A stretch of DNA of 64,000 bases from an uncultured delta proteobacterium (GTDB lineage Bacteria; Desulfobacterota; Binatia; Binatales; Binataceae). Below are positions 10,121 to 19,752 of the stretch, in pieces (the first letter of the stretch is position 1; every line of letters starts with the position of its first letter). The position numbers and the translations under genes were made by a program. Under the pieces are notes generated by a model that worked only from the letters and a program-made list of their open reading frames with translations, had not been told where the DNA came from and did no database searches. Where the stretch lies: NCBI GenBank assembly GCA_963808235.1, contig CAWEEQ010000004.1, forward strand, positions 2,464,001-2,528,000, given 5' to 3'.

Positions 10121-10969
10121 ATGACTCATACCGCCGTCGCATATTTCTTCTTCTCACTCGGCATCCTGTTCCGCGAAGGGATGGAAGCGATGCTGGTGAT
10201 CGTCGCGCTGGCGGCGGGCACCCGCGGGATTGGACGAATCGGCCGCTCGCGAGATATCTACGCGGGCGCCATCGCCGCGATCGTCGCAAGCATCGCGCTC
10301 GCGTGGGCGGTCAATCATCTGATCAGCGACGACATGAGCGATACGCTCGAAGGCTGCTTTCAAGTCTTCGCCGCCGCAACGCTCTTCTACGTCAGCTCTT
10401 GGCTTACTTCCAAGGGACAGGCCGACCGCTGGATGAAGTTTATCAGCCACAAGCTCGAAAGCGCCGAGCAGAGCACGCTTCCGGGTATCGCGCTGGGGCT
10501 CACCGCGTTTCTCGCCGTGATGCGCGAGGGTGCCGAAACGATCGTCTTCTTCCAGGCGCTCACCAACGGCGCGACCGAAACTGTCGAGCGCCATGCAGTC
10601 GCAGCCGGCATCGTCGTCGCGGCGTTCGCGCTCGCGATCGCGTTCGTCGTTCTCAAACGCGCCGCGGATCGGATCCCGATGGGGATTTTCTTCCACGCGA
10701 CGTCCGCCCTGCTCTACGCGCTGGCGGTCGTCTTTATCGGCCAGGGTGTCGCGAGCCTGCAGGAAGCGTCGATCGTACCGGCCACCTTCGTCGACTTTGT
10801 TCCGACCATCCCGATGCTCGGTCTGTTCCCGACGGTTCAGTCTCTAGGCGCGCAAGCGATGCTCCTGATACTCGCGGCTGCGGCAGTCTTCGTTCCCCGC
10901 CGCTCCGCCGCACGACAGGTCCGTATCACGGAACCTGCCGCAGTCCGCACCCGCAGCAGCCAGTCTTAA
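10121..10969 (+). CDS. FTR1/EfeU family iron permease
   Basis: Two REGxE motifs (FREGME, MREGAE) and multiple TM helices. Confidence 0.92.
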   Translation: MTHTAVAYFFFSLGILFREGMEAMLVIVALAAGTRGIGRIGRSRDIYAGAIAAIVASIALAWAVNHLISDDMSDTLEGCFQVFAAATLFYVSSWLTSKGQADRWMKFISHKLESAEQSTLPGIALGLTAFLAVMREGAETIVFFQALTNGATETVERHAVAAGIVVAAFALAIAFVVLKRAADRIPMGIFFHATSALLYALAVVFIGQGVASLQEASIVPATFVDFVPTIPMLGLFPTVQSLGAQAMLLILAAAAVFVPRRSAARQVRITEPAAVRTRSSQS

Positions 10970-11018
10970 GCACAGTCGCCAGTACCGCGTAGCGCGTGTC
11001 AGATTGATCGGTTCGCGA

Positions 11019-11490
11019 TCAGTTGGCGGGAGCAGGCCGCTCCGGTGCGGGCCCGGGTCGGGTAGTGTTGTGCTCGGGCGTCTCGACGATAGAGCCTGAG
11101 CCGCCTGATAATACCGTCTCCACATCGGAACTCAGTTTTTCCGAGATGACCAGTGCGCGGAAACCCATCCGGGTGCATTGATCGACCATCGGATCGCGCG
11201 CGACCGGACTGTGCCGCACGTGTTTCAGCACCGCGCGCAAATCCTGCGTGCGATCGAGCACGCCCGCCAGCCGCGCCTACGACGATCACCGCCGAGCCGC
11301 CTTCCGCCGCCAGATCGAGCGCCAGCGACTCGTCGTGTTCAGCGGCGGCAAGCGCATGAAGCGCGGTTTTGATCGAGTTGCACGCCGCCTCTGAATTTTC
11401 TTCGGATTGCGATGACTGCGATGGCGTATCGGCGGCCAGGATCGCATCGGGGACCGCCAGCATCGCGAGCAGAAAAACGAAGATCGACAT
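11019..11490 (-). pseudogene. Secreted hypothetical protein interrupted by a +1 frameshift near 11279
   Basis: Removing A11279 joins signal-peptide ORF 11490 to ORF 11261-11019 (...AVIVEARLAGVLDRTQD...), giving about 156 aa. Confidence 0.6.
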
Positions 11491-11580
11491 GCTACCGCGC
11501 GCACTGCGATCCGAAAAACAACGAGCCGGCGACGCGGCCGGATACCGAAGCTTTCACATCGGCAAGCGCGCGCAACTCGA

Positions 11581-12054
11581 TCAGGCGGCGTCGTTCTCCG
11601 AGCTCGAGTAGCCGATCGAGTTCAGGAACGCCTCCTTCTGTCCGGACGGCATGATGTAAATTCCGTCCCATCCGCAAACCTCTTCGCAGAGCAGGCATCC
11701 GACGCAGGTCTTCTCGTTGACCTGCACTTTGCCGAGATACACGGCCGTGTTTTCCGGCGACGGCGAGATGCAATCGAACGGGCAAACGTCCACGCACACG
11801 CCGCATCCGTTGCAGTTGTCGGGATGCACCACCGCGACCGGACGCTCGGCGCGCTTTAGCACGTGAGTGATGTCGCCGAGATTGTTCATGATTGCGTCGT
11901 CGGGGCAGATAACCCCGCACGCGCCGCAATCGATGCACATCGCGGCTTCGATGTAATAAACCTTTTTCGACAGCCCGGAGATTGCGCCGGTCGGACAGCG
12001 CTTTTCACACGCGCTGCATCCGGTGCAGTTCTCGGCGATGATCGTAAATGCCAT
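11581..12054 (-). CDS. Polyferredoxin with four [4Fe-4S] motifs
   Basis: CTGCSACEKRCP, CIDCGACGVICP, CNGCGVCVDVCP, CVGCLLCEEVC. Confidence 0.92.
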   Translation of the reverse strand: MAFTIIAENCTGCSACEKRCPTGAISGLSKKVYYIEAAMCIDCGACGVICPDDAIMNNLGDITHVLKRAERPVAVVHPDNCNGCGVCVDVCPFDCISPSPENTAVYLGKVQVNEKTCVGCLLCEEVCGWDGIYIMPSGQKEAFLNSIGYSSSENDAA

Positions 12055-12062
12055 CCTGCTCC

Positions 12063-12248
12063 CTACTTCCTCATCTCGTCGATAATTCGTTCGCGATGCC
12101 CATGCTCGATCAGCTGATCGTTGCGCCGCGCCTGCTTCAACGCGATGTAGGTGAAGAACATCACCAGGAACATCATCGCGATGATCGGGATATTGTCCGG
12201 CACGGTGAGGATATCGAGAAACTGTTGAAGTCCGGTGATATGTTCCAT
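12063..12248 (-). CDS. Small membrane protein with a PDNIPI motif (resembles the N-terminal module of cytochrome b subunit IV-like proteins)
   Basis: MEHITGLQQFLDILTVPDNIPIIAMMFLVMFFTYIALKQARRND...; 8 nt upstream of the ferredoxin. Confidence 0.8.
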   Translation of the reverse strand: MEHITGLQQFLDILTVPDNIPIIAMMFLVMFFTYIALKQARRNDQLIEHGHRERIIDEMRK

Positions 12249-12415
12249 TAAAAAACCTTCTGCGCCCGCTCTACTACGCAATTATATCCGTCCCGCATCG
12301 ATGTACCAACGCCATTAGCCGGTGTCAACTTGCCCCGCCCGCCGGATGCACGAAACTAATCGCAAAGGCACTTTGACGCTTGCGGGTCGACGCCTTCGGC
12401 GTGCAAAGTGTCTGC

Positions 12416-13174
12416 ATGGGCAATCACGTCGACGCATCCCCTTACGCCGCCGGTGCGCCGCGCGGCATCTTCAGTCTCGTATGGGGCGCGACGGCCACCC
12501 TGCTCTCCGCAATTTGGACCGCGATCTGCGCGATCGGCGCCGCGATCGGCGCCACGCTCGGCAAGCATCACGCGGTCACATTGATCACTCGCGCATGGGG
12601 CCGCGGAATAGTCAGGCTGTGTGGAATCCACGTCGAGATCGAAGGGCTCGAGAATCTCGCGGGGCTCAAGTCGTTCGTGCTGGTCGCCAATCATCAGAGC
12701 TTCTTCGATATCTTCGCAACCGCCGGCTACATCCCCGGCGAGCCGCGTTTCGTCGCCAAGAAACAGCTGCTGAAAATCCCGGTCGTCGGCTATGCGATGC
12801 ATCGCGGCGGTCACGTGATCATCGATCGCGAAGCAGGCGGCCAGGCGATCCGCAAAGCAATCCAGATCATCAAGAGCGGCTTCGACATGTGCGTTTTCGC
12901 CGAAGGTCATCGCTTCAACGACAATCGCGTGCATGAGTTCAACGACGGCGCCGCATGGCTCGCGATCATGTGCAAGCTTCCCGCGGTGCCGATGTCGATT
13001 AGCGGATCGGGCAGGTTTTTTCCGCGCGGCGCAAAAGTCGTGGTCCCGGGCGGCACGATGCGCATGCGGATTGGCAAACCGATCTCAACCGAGGGGATGC
13101 GCAGTGCCGACCGAACCGAACTGACGCGGCGCCTCGAGGAGGACGTCCGCGCCAGCTTCACGACCGAAGTCTAG
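12416..13174 (+). CDS. plsC: 1-acyl-sn-glycerol-3-phosphate acyltransferase
   Basis: NHQSFFD, FVAKKQL and FAEGHR motifs. Confidence 0.88.
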   Translation: MGNHVDASPYAAGAPRGIFSLVWGATATLLSAIWTAICAIGAAIGATLGKHHAVTLITRAWGRGIVRLCGIHVEIEGLENLAGLKSFVLVANHQSFFDIFATAGYIPGEPRFVAKKQLLKIPVVGYAMHRGGHVIIDREAGGQAIRKAIQIIKSGFDMCVFAEGHRFNDNRVHEFNDGAAWLAIMCKLPAVPMSISGSGRFFPRGAKVVVPGGTMRMRIGKPISTEGMRSADRTELTRRLEEDVRASFTTEV

Positions 13175-13184
13175 GTGCTGTTCG

Positions 13185-13379
13185 CTACAGGATATCGCCG
13201 ACTACGTGGAAGGGGTACATAACGACCGAGCCCACTCCATCCAGCACCGAGCCGACCGTGCTGCCCGTGTCATTTGTTACCTGGTTGGCACTTTCGTCGA
13301 CATGCTCTGCGCAGCCGGGGATCACGAAAAGCGCGCCGGTAAGCAGAAAAATTGGGACGATTCGTTTTATCTTCGACAT
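13185..13379 (-). CDS. Small lipoprotein
   Basis: MSKIKR, hydrophobic stretch, lipobox-like IPGC. Confidence 0.7.
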   Translation of the reverse strand: MSKIKRIVPIFLLTGALFVIPGCAEHVDESANQVTNDTGSTVGSVLDGVGSVVMYPFHVVGDIL

Positions 13380-13535
13380 AGAAAACCTCTTCTCAGACCG
13401 TAGATCCGAGTCTCGCACAGTAATGACGCAAGAGGTATGCCGAGCGTCGCTCGTAGTGCTTTAAGGGACTTTATAGTCAGGCGTTAGCGTGATTTGCGTG
13501 ATGTGGGTAACCGCGAAATCGCTTACGTCTTGTCC

Positions 13536-13904
13536 TTACATCTTGCGATCGAAGATGAAGAGCGGGACCTGGTTCGCGAGTTTGGGATCTATCGCGAGAA
13601 TTCGGCGCCCCGATTCGATCCGAATCGCGTCCACGCTCAAACCCGCAATTCGAAAATTCGCGACGACTTGATCGAGGTCCTCCGCCTCAAGCCACAGCCC
13701 GACCATACCCTCGCCCGGCGCCGCGATCGCAGCCGCCGCCGCGTCGCCCGAGGCAAGCCGGATTTCGGCGCCACCGACTTTCACGCTCGCCGATTTTCCG
13801 TCTGCCGATTTCGTAACGTGGAAGCCGAAATTGTTTTCGTAAATAGAAGCCGCATCCGCGAGATCGGAAGTCGCAACTTCGATCGAATCAAGCCGTTTCA
13901 GCAT
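13536..13904 (-). CDS. VOC/glyoxalase family protein
   Basis: LDSIEVATSDLADAASIYE..FG and GEGMVGLWLEAEDLD pattern. Confidence 0.8.
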   Translation of the reverse strand: MLKRLDSIEVATSDLADAASIYENNFGFHVTKSADGKSASVKVGGAEIRLASGDAAAAAIAAPGEGMVGLWLEAEDLDQVVANFRIAGLSVDAIRIESGRRILAIDPKLANQVPLFIFDRKM

Positions 13905-13951
13905 GGTCGTACTCTAACCTGCGATATGAGATTGATCCACGTGAAAGAGTG

Positions 13952-13988
13952 AAAAATAAAAAACGGGACCGGATCGCTCCGGTCCCGT
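13952..13988 (-). terminator. Rho-independent terminator ending the cytochrome b operon
   Basis: ACGGGACCGGA-TCGC-TCCGGTCCCGT hairpin followed on the minus strand by a U-rich tract. Confidence 0.85.
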
Positions 13989-14011
13989 GACTCGCTCTCG
14001 ACTTGCTGTCG

Positions 14012-14527
14012 CTACGGCTTTGAACTCAGGTCCGGCTTCCCGGTTGCGAGATCGACCGGAAAGGAAAGGTGCTCTTCCACGATCGTCCACTTGCCTTTGA
14101 TCTTCTTGTAGCCGTCGCTCACTCGAAAAGTCAGATCGATCGGCTTGCCATTCTTGTCGGTGCCGCTGAAATGCTGGACGTTGTGCCCGAAGCCGAGCTT
14201 GCCGTCGGCGGTGACGCTCAGGTCTGACATTTCTGCGTGCAGCGGTCCCTGGAACAATCCGATGAAGGCTTCGTTGTCCGCGCGCCAGGCCTTGATGCCG
14301 ACGTATTGCCGCGGCGGAATCGCATCGAAGACGAAGAGAGTCTCGTCCTGCAGGTACGGGGCGAGCGCCTTGTCCAGGTCCTTCGCGCCGAAATCTTTGA
14401 TCATCTCGGCTTCCATCGCCCGGATTTCAGCTTCGTCGCTTTCCTTCGCGATCGAGTTCGACTGCCGCACGACAACCAACAGCGCAATCGCGCCGGTTAG
14501 CGCGCCCAACATCACCACTCTCTTCAT
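14012..14527 (-). CDS. Exported NTF2/SnoaL-like (DUF4440) protein
   Basis: Signal or anchor helix; FDAIPPRQYVG...GKWTIVEEHLSFP. Confidence 0.82.
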   Translation of the reverse strand: MKRVVMLGALTGAIALLVVVRQSNSIAKESDEAEIRAMEAEMIKDFGAKDLDKALAPYLQDETLFVFDAIPPRQYVGIKAWRADNEAFIGLFQGPLHAEMSDLSVTADGKLGFGHNVQHFSGTDKNGKPIDLTFRVSDGYKKIKGKWTIVEEHLSFPVDLATGKPDLSSKP

Positions 14528-14567
14528 CCAGGCTCCTCCATTCACGTGATGAACCGCGATCTCTTCG

Positions 14568-15272
14568 CTAGCCCTTCGGCTTCATCGTGAAATTCGTCGT
14601 CGCCGTCGCGCCGTCCTTCACGCTTGCCTTCTGATCCTGGGTGCCGAGCTTTTCCTGCCACACCTGGACGGTGTAGTCGCCTGGCGGCACGTTCGCGATC
14701 GAGTAGTTGCCCTTGTCGTCCGTCACTGCGAAGTACGGCGTGTCGGTCGCGACCCACCATCCATGCATCCATCCGTGCGCATCGCAGGTGACCCTGATCA
14801 CTTCCGGCTTCTCGACCTTCTGCTGAATCTGCTTCTTGAACTTGGGCTGCGCCATGTTGAAGGAAGGATTCTTTTCCGAGTAGGTATGGATGTTATGCAG
14901 GATGCCGTCGGAGTTGATGATATCCACGGTGCTGCCGGCCGGGAACGCGAGCACATGCGGCACGTAGTCGCATCCTTTTTGATCGAACTTCACTTCGCCC
15001 GGCTTCAAATCGCCTTTGGCGCCCTGGACGATCACAACCGCGTTCGCGATTCCGCCGCCGCTGTCCACCAGCAAGTCTTCCTCGACGTGCGGATGCAGCG
15101 CGCAGACTTCCTTGTCCTTCGTCACTTCGACTTTTTTCGGCGTCGGCGGCGTGCCGTCATACTTGACGGTCCCGCTTACCGTGCCACCCGCCGCGATGGC
15201 CGGATTGGCGCCAATACTCACACTGAGCGCAACGCTCGCACATGCTGCGAGTACAACCGCATAAGTTTTCAT
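14568..15272 (-). CDS. Periplasmic cupredoxin-like / carboxypeptidase-regulatory-like domain protein
   Basis: Signal peptide; FDQKGCDYVPHV, NSDGILHNIH, CDAHGWM (type 1 Cu-like H/C/H/M set); C-terminal beta-sandwich. Confidence 0.8.
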   Translation of the reverse strand: MKTYAVVLAACASVALSVSIGANPAIAAGGTVSGTVKYDGTPPTPKKVEVTKDKEVCALHPHVEEDLLVDSGGGIANAVVIVQGAKGDLKPGEVKFDQKGCDYVPHVLAFPAGSTVDIINSDGILHNIHTYSEKNPSFNMAQPKFKKQIQQKVEKPEVIRVTCDAHGWMHGWWVATDTPYFAVTDDKGNYSIANVPPGDYTVQVWQEKLGTQDQKASVKDGATATTNFTMKPKG

Positions 15273-15392
15273 ATTCTTCGAATCACCTCGGTAGTTAGTT
15301 CGGTTAAAGATCATGCTCAATTGAACAATCACTCACTCTAGCGAAATATCCATTCCGTACTCAATCAAAGAGCTCACTCGGTAGTGAGTCAG

Positions 15393-15788
15393 CTACTTTC
15401 CTTTCAAACGCTTCGCAATGAGCGCTCCGCCGGGCTGTTCTGTTACTTCAAATCCGTCGCTCATCTTCTTTTTCAAGAGTTCAACCAGATCCGCCTTCGA
15501 CAATTTTGGCATCGGGTTGTGGTCAGGCGCGTCGGCGATTAGAAGCCCGTCAGGAATCTTCATGCGGGGGCAGAAGCCTTTGATGCTTTTCGATCCATCC
15601 CTGCTTTCGTAGTCGCTCTTGACGTACGGGCGCGCTCCGTCGAACGGGGAAAATGGCGTCTCCAGATATTTCCGCTCTTCACCATGGAGCTCCCGAACGC
15701 TGCCGTCTTCTTCGACCAATACGTACGGATAGGGCTTTAGAGAAGCCGCCGCCCGTTCCGCGACCGCGAACATCGGGGTTTTCGCCAT
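15393..15788 (-). CDS. Hypothetical protein
   Basis: 131-aa ORF co-oriented inside the operon. Confidence 0.65.
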   Translation of the reverse strand: MAKTPMFAVAERAAASLKPYPYVLVEEDGSVRELHGEERKYLETPFSPFDGARPYVKSDYESRDGSKSIKGFCPRMKIPDGLLIADAPDHNPMPKLSKADLVELLKKKMSDGFEVTEQPGGALIAKRLKGK

Positions 15789-15822
15789 TGTCCGATACCT
15801 GATCGATTACTAATTTGCCGTC

Positions 15823-18582
15823 CTACTTATTACTCACTTTCTCCGGAACTGTGGCCACCTGCGCCGGCAACGTCTGTCCCGGATGAGTCCCGAACCAGAA
15901 AATATAGTCGCGCAGCGCGCGGATCTGATCGTCCTGCTTGCCGCCCAGAATATCGTCGGGACCGCCCGGGTAAAACGACGGCATCTTGGTCCCCGGCTGG
16001 AGCGACGGCGGATTTGCGATCCACTTCAATATCCATTCCGGGTTCAGCCGCTGATGCGCCAGCGCAAGATCCGGCGCCCATCCGGACTCCGGCCCCTCGG
16101 GCTTCTTGTCGCCCTGCTGATGACAACTGAAGCAGTTGAAGTAATCCTTCGTCATCAGCTTCGCTCCGGCTTGCAGCTCGGCCGGCGGAATCAGGTTCGT
16201 GTTGATGAACATATACGGCACGTTCACGTCGGAGAGCGCCGTGAAGTAGTTCACGATGGTATCGTCTTCGGCGTTGGTGAAGTGGAAGGTCGGCATCCTT
16301 ATCTTAAGCCACGGACGAATCGGCGTCGGCCCTTGCAGGAACGTGAATAGCCACTCGGGCTGAACCTTGAAACCTTCGCCGTTGAGTATCGGCGGCGCGA
16401 AGTTTATTTGGTCTTCGGGGTAGAAGCGCCGGATATAGCCACCGCGATTCTCGACGATATGGCATCCCACGCAGTTGTAGTAATTGACCATCCGCCGGCC
16501 CGCGACGATCTGCGTCTGATGCTCCGAGCCGGGCATCCGGTAACGCTCCAGCACCGAGCCCTGGGTCAGACTCGCGAGGAACCCGACTATGTTATTGATG
16601 TCGGCGTCGTCGAAGTCGAAATTCGGCATCAACTGCTCGACGTCCTTGGTCGCGTAGATGCGCGGGGTCTGGAGCTTGTGGAACGTCCATTGATCCCACG
16701 TCTCGGGAATGTTGGTCTGGTTGCCGAAAAATAATTCGTCGAGATGCTTCGACCCAAAGGTCGTCAACTCGACGCCAATTCGCGACTCCTTGTCCATCCC
16801 CTCGATCTCATGACATCCGAAGCATCCGTACTTGCGCACCAGCGCCTCGCCCTTCTTGATATTCTCGGGATCCTTCAGCGCGGTTTCGACGCCGGCGTCT
16901 TCCTTCTTATCGCCATGAGTCATCAGGAACGCGGTCAGCGCTTCGGCTTCATGATCGGACAGGCGCAGCGAAGGCATCGCGGTGTGCGGCGAGAAATCGC
17001 GCGGATTCTTGAGCCAGGTATATACCCACGACGCCGAAGTCTTCTCCGCGATCTTGCTCAGGTTGGGCGCGAAGTCCTTGGTCGTGCGCGCCTCGGCCGG
17101 CTTGAAGTTTGCCGCGTCGCCGACCGGCGCGCCGTACTGGTCCGGCTCGACTGCATGACAGCCCTTGCATCCCACCGACTCGAACAGCCCCTTGCCTTCC
17201 TCGACGAAGGCGGGATTTTTGATGTCAGCCTCGAGCGTCGGCAATTCCGGATGCGCCGTCGTCCAGTCTTTCGAATTCTTGCTCGAGCTATCCAGGATAA
17301 ACGCCGCAAGCTGGGTCGCTTCATCGTGATTGAACATGAAGTTCGGCATCCGCGTATGCGGCCGGAACGTGTGCGGATCGGTGATCCATCTAACCGTCCA
17401 CGACGGATCGAGCTTGGCCGACGCCAGCTTCAGGTACGGCCCGATCTTCGGCATGTCTTCGTAGCCTTCGACCAGGTGGCATCCCGTGCATCCCATCTGC
17501 TCGAACATGCGCTCGCCTTCGACCCAGTTCGCCGCGATAGGCTTGCCATCCGCGCCGACCAGTGACGCAACGTCGATATGGCACTTGATGCATCGCGACT
17601 GCATCTTGTCGCCCTTGAGCATCGGGAAATCCCAATCCGGATCGTTGCCATGCGCAAGCCGCGCCGAGCTGACCGCGGCGCCCTGGCCGTCGTGACACGG
17701 CGTGCATCCGAGTTTTTCCGGCGGATGTTTCAAGATGACTTGATCGAAGTTCGGATGGGTGCGAAATGGCTCGGGCGCATTCTCGAAGCCCTTCTTGTCG
17801 ATGCCCATGTGGCAGCTTTGGCATCGATCGACGCGCGCGACTGCCTGGTCGAATGCGTTGCGATCGAAATCGTCGATCGCGGTCTGCTGAATCTTTGGAA
17901 TTTTCGGATAGCGGAACAGAACCGTGTTGCGCAGCTTGACCGGAATCATCCAGGAGTCAGCTTTGTCGACGAAGTCGTCATGCTTAGCGTCGAGTTTCTT
18001 CTTCTGCTCGGTCAGAGTCTCGACTCTCGAGGTCAGCGCCTCGATCTGATCCTTGACCGCCTGCAGATTGGCCTTGGCCTTATCGGAGACGATATTCTCC
18101 TGCGCCAGTTCCGCGTTAAGCTGGTCGATCTCGTTCTTGTACGGTGTCGGGTCTTCCTTTTCCTGAACCGCGTGGTTGTAGTCGTACCATCGTTCGGTCA
18201 GGAACGACTTGGTGAAGCGGACCAGCTGGTCCTTGTCGTCGGCGGCGACCTTGAGAGCGGGCAATTGCGCGCGCAGCTCGTCGAGCTTGGCCCCTGTCGC
18301 GCCGGAATCGAGTTCCTTTTGCGCCTGCGCCAGATCCTTCGAGACTTTCTGATATTCCGGATCGGCGTTGAGCCGCTTCTGCTCGTCGGCCGCGTCCTGC
18401 ATGTACTTGTCGTACGCCAGCCGATCCCACTTGACCTGGTATTCCTTCCACGGCCGGCGCGAGATGTTGTCGTCCCAGATCGACCAGACCGCGCTCACCA
18501 GCAGCACCGCCACCAGCAGCACGAACAGCGCGCTGTATGATTTCCCTTCCTCGGTAGGATCCAGCCCCGGTCTGCCAGCCAT
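15823..18582 (-). CDS. Membrane-anchored octaheme cytochrome c
   Basis: Eight CxxCH motifs (CQSCH, CTPCH, CIKCH, CTGCH, CKGCH, CFGCH, CVGCH, CFSCH), N-terminal TM helix and coiled coil. Confidence 0.93.
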   Translation of the reverse strand: MAGRPGLDPTEEGKSYSALFVLLVAVLLVSAVWSIWDDNISRRPWKEYQVKWDRLAYDKYMQDAADEQKRLNADPEYQKVSKDLAQAQKELDSGATGAKLDELRAQLPALKVAADDKDQLVRFTKSFLTERWYDYNHAVQEKEDPTPYKNEIDQLNAELAQENIVSDKAKANLQAVKDQIEALTSRVETLTEQKKKLDAKHDDFVDKADSWMIPVKLRNTVLFRYPKIPKIQQTAIDDFDRNAFDQAVARVDRCQSCHMGIDKKGFENAPEPFRTHPNFDQVILKHPPEKLGCTPCHDGQGAAVSSARLAHGNDPDWDFPMLKGDKMQSRCIKCHIDVASLVGADGKPIAANWVEGERMFEQMGCTGCHLVEGYEDMPKIGPYLKLASAKLDPSWTVRWITDPHTFRPHTRMPNFMFNHDEATQLAAFILDSSSKNSKDWTTAHPELPTLEADIKNPAFVEEGKGLFESVGCKGCHAVEPDQYGAPVGDAANFKPAEARTTKDFAPNLSKIAEKTSASWVYTWLKNPRDFSPHTAMPSLRLSDHEAEALTAFLMTHGDKKEDAGVETALKDPENIKKGEALVRKYGCFGCHEIEGMDKESRIGVELTTFGSKHLDELFFGNQTNIPETWDQWTFHKLQTPRIYATKDVEQLMPNFDFDDADINNIVGFLASLTQGSVLERYRMPGSEHQTQIVAGRRMVNYYNCVGCHIVENRGGYIRRFYPEDQINFAPPILNGEGFKVQPEWLFTFLQGPTPIRPWLKIRMPTFHFTNAEDDTIVNYFTALSDVNVPYMFINTNLIPPAELQAGAKLMTKDYFNCFSCHQQGDKKPEGPESGWAPDLALAHQRLNPEWILKWIANPPSLQPGTKMPSFYPGGPDDILGGKQDDQIRALRDYIFWFGTHPGQTLPAQVATVPEKVSNK

Positions 18583-18610
18583 CTGCTCTACCTAACCTCA
18601 ACTCCGCGCG

Positions 18611-18787
18611 TCATGTGCGGGATCCCCAGTAACCCTCGATGATATAGCCGGCCAGAAAAACCAGGATGCCAATCCCGGTGAACTTGTACTCGTTGCCCAT
18701 CCCGTGCGGCTGCGTAACTCCGATGTAGAGCGCGAAGCCAACGTCGGCGAGTCCGAGCGCCTGCAATACTTTGGCGAGGATGAACAC
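18611..18787 (-). CDS. Unannotated 58-aa two-TM microprotein
   Basis: Hand-translated GTG..TGA: MFILAKVLQALGLADVGFALYIGVTQPHGMGNEYKFTGIGILVFLAGYIIEGYWGSRT; fills the gap between subunit IV and cytochrome c. Confidence 0.72.
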   Translation of the reverse strand: MFILAKVLQALGLADVGFALYIGVTQPHGMGNEYKFTGIGILVFLAGYIIEGYWGSRT

Positions 18788-18802
18788 CAGCTCGCGGCCA
18801 CG

Positions 18803-19705
18803 TCAGATGTTAATCCACGGCGTAACCAGTATGTACTTGATATTGAGGGCGTGACGCAGCGCCATCTTGATGAACACGCCGGCCATCGCGAGCAACAGGA
18901 AGCCGGTGATTCCAAATCGCACCGGACCCCACTTCTGCAGAATTTCGGGACCGCCGCCGGGGAACGCCGACCACGGATCGTGCGCGGGCCGCGATCGTAT
19001 CCAGAAATATAGCGCCGCATAGCCGACCACGAAGTAGCCGACTATCAGCGTCAATCCGAAAATCGCCGACGCCAGGTAATCGCGGAAGCCGAACATGTAC
19101 GGCAGATCGACGTTAGTCAGCGCCTCGACCAGATGCGGATCCCAGACCTGCCCCGGCCAGAACCAGTTCCATCCCGGTCCGCGGAAAAACGTGCCGATGA
19201 TAATGAACGAGACCCACAAAATGTGGAACCCGATAAAGAACGCCAAAATCTCGAACGAGCGCTCGCGCAAAGTGTAGTAGCCGTTGCCCTTAGGATTGAT
19301 GTCGAGATACGGAATCAGCATCAGCCCGACGATGATCAAAGTCGGCAGCACCACGCCCGCGTACCACGGGTCGAAGAACACCAGCATTTCCTGCAAGCCC
19401 AGGAAGTACCACGGCGCCTTCGACGGATTCGGCGTGCGGGTCGGATTCGACGGCTGCTCGAGCGGCGCGTTCAGCAGCAGCGACCATACCGTCAGCACGA
19501 TGATCACCAGCAGCGTCATCAGAAATTCGTTGCGGACCAGGAACGGCCAGGTGTGCAGCTTCTCCTCGATACCGGAGCCGGCCTTCTTGATCGGAACTTC
19601 GATTTGCTTCGAGCCACCGCCTGACGCCGGCGTCCGCGACGCGGCGCCGCCCGCGCCCGCCGCACGCATCACGATATTGCTCCCGTTACCTTGCTCGCTT
19701 GCCAT
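18803..19705 (-). CDS. Cytochrome b C-terminal subunit (subunit IV/PetD-like)
   Basis: TWPFLVRNE, APLEQPSNPTRTPNPSKAPWYFLGLQEML, IPYLD. Confidence 0.88.
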   Translation of the reverse strand: MASEQGNGSNIVMRAAGAGGAASRTPASGGGSKQIEVPIKKAGSGIEEKLHTWPFLVRNEFLMTLLVIIVLTVWSLLLNAPLEQPSNPTRTPNPSKAPWYFLGLQEMLVFFDPWYAGVVLPTLIIVGLMLIPYLDINPKGNGYYTLRERSFEILAFFIGFHILWVSFIIIGTFFRGPGWNWFWPGQVWDPHLVEALTNVDLPYMFGFRDYLASAIFGLTLIVGYFVVGYAALYFWIRSRPAHDPWSAFPGGGPEILQKWGPVRFGITGFLLLAMAGVFIKMALRHALNIKYILVTPWINI

Positions 19706-19752
19706 GGTTAATCTCTTGCGTTCGGCAGCAAAGATCTTTTTTCAATATTCCT

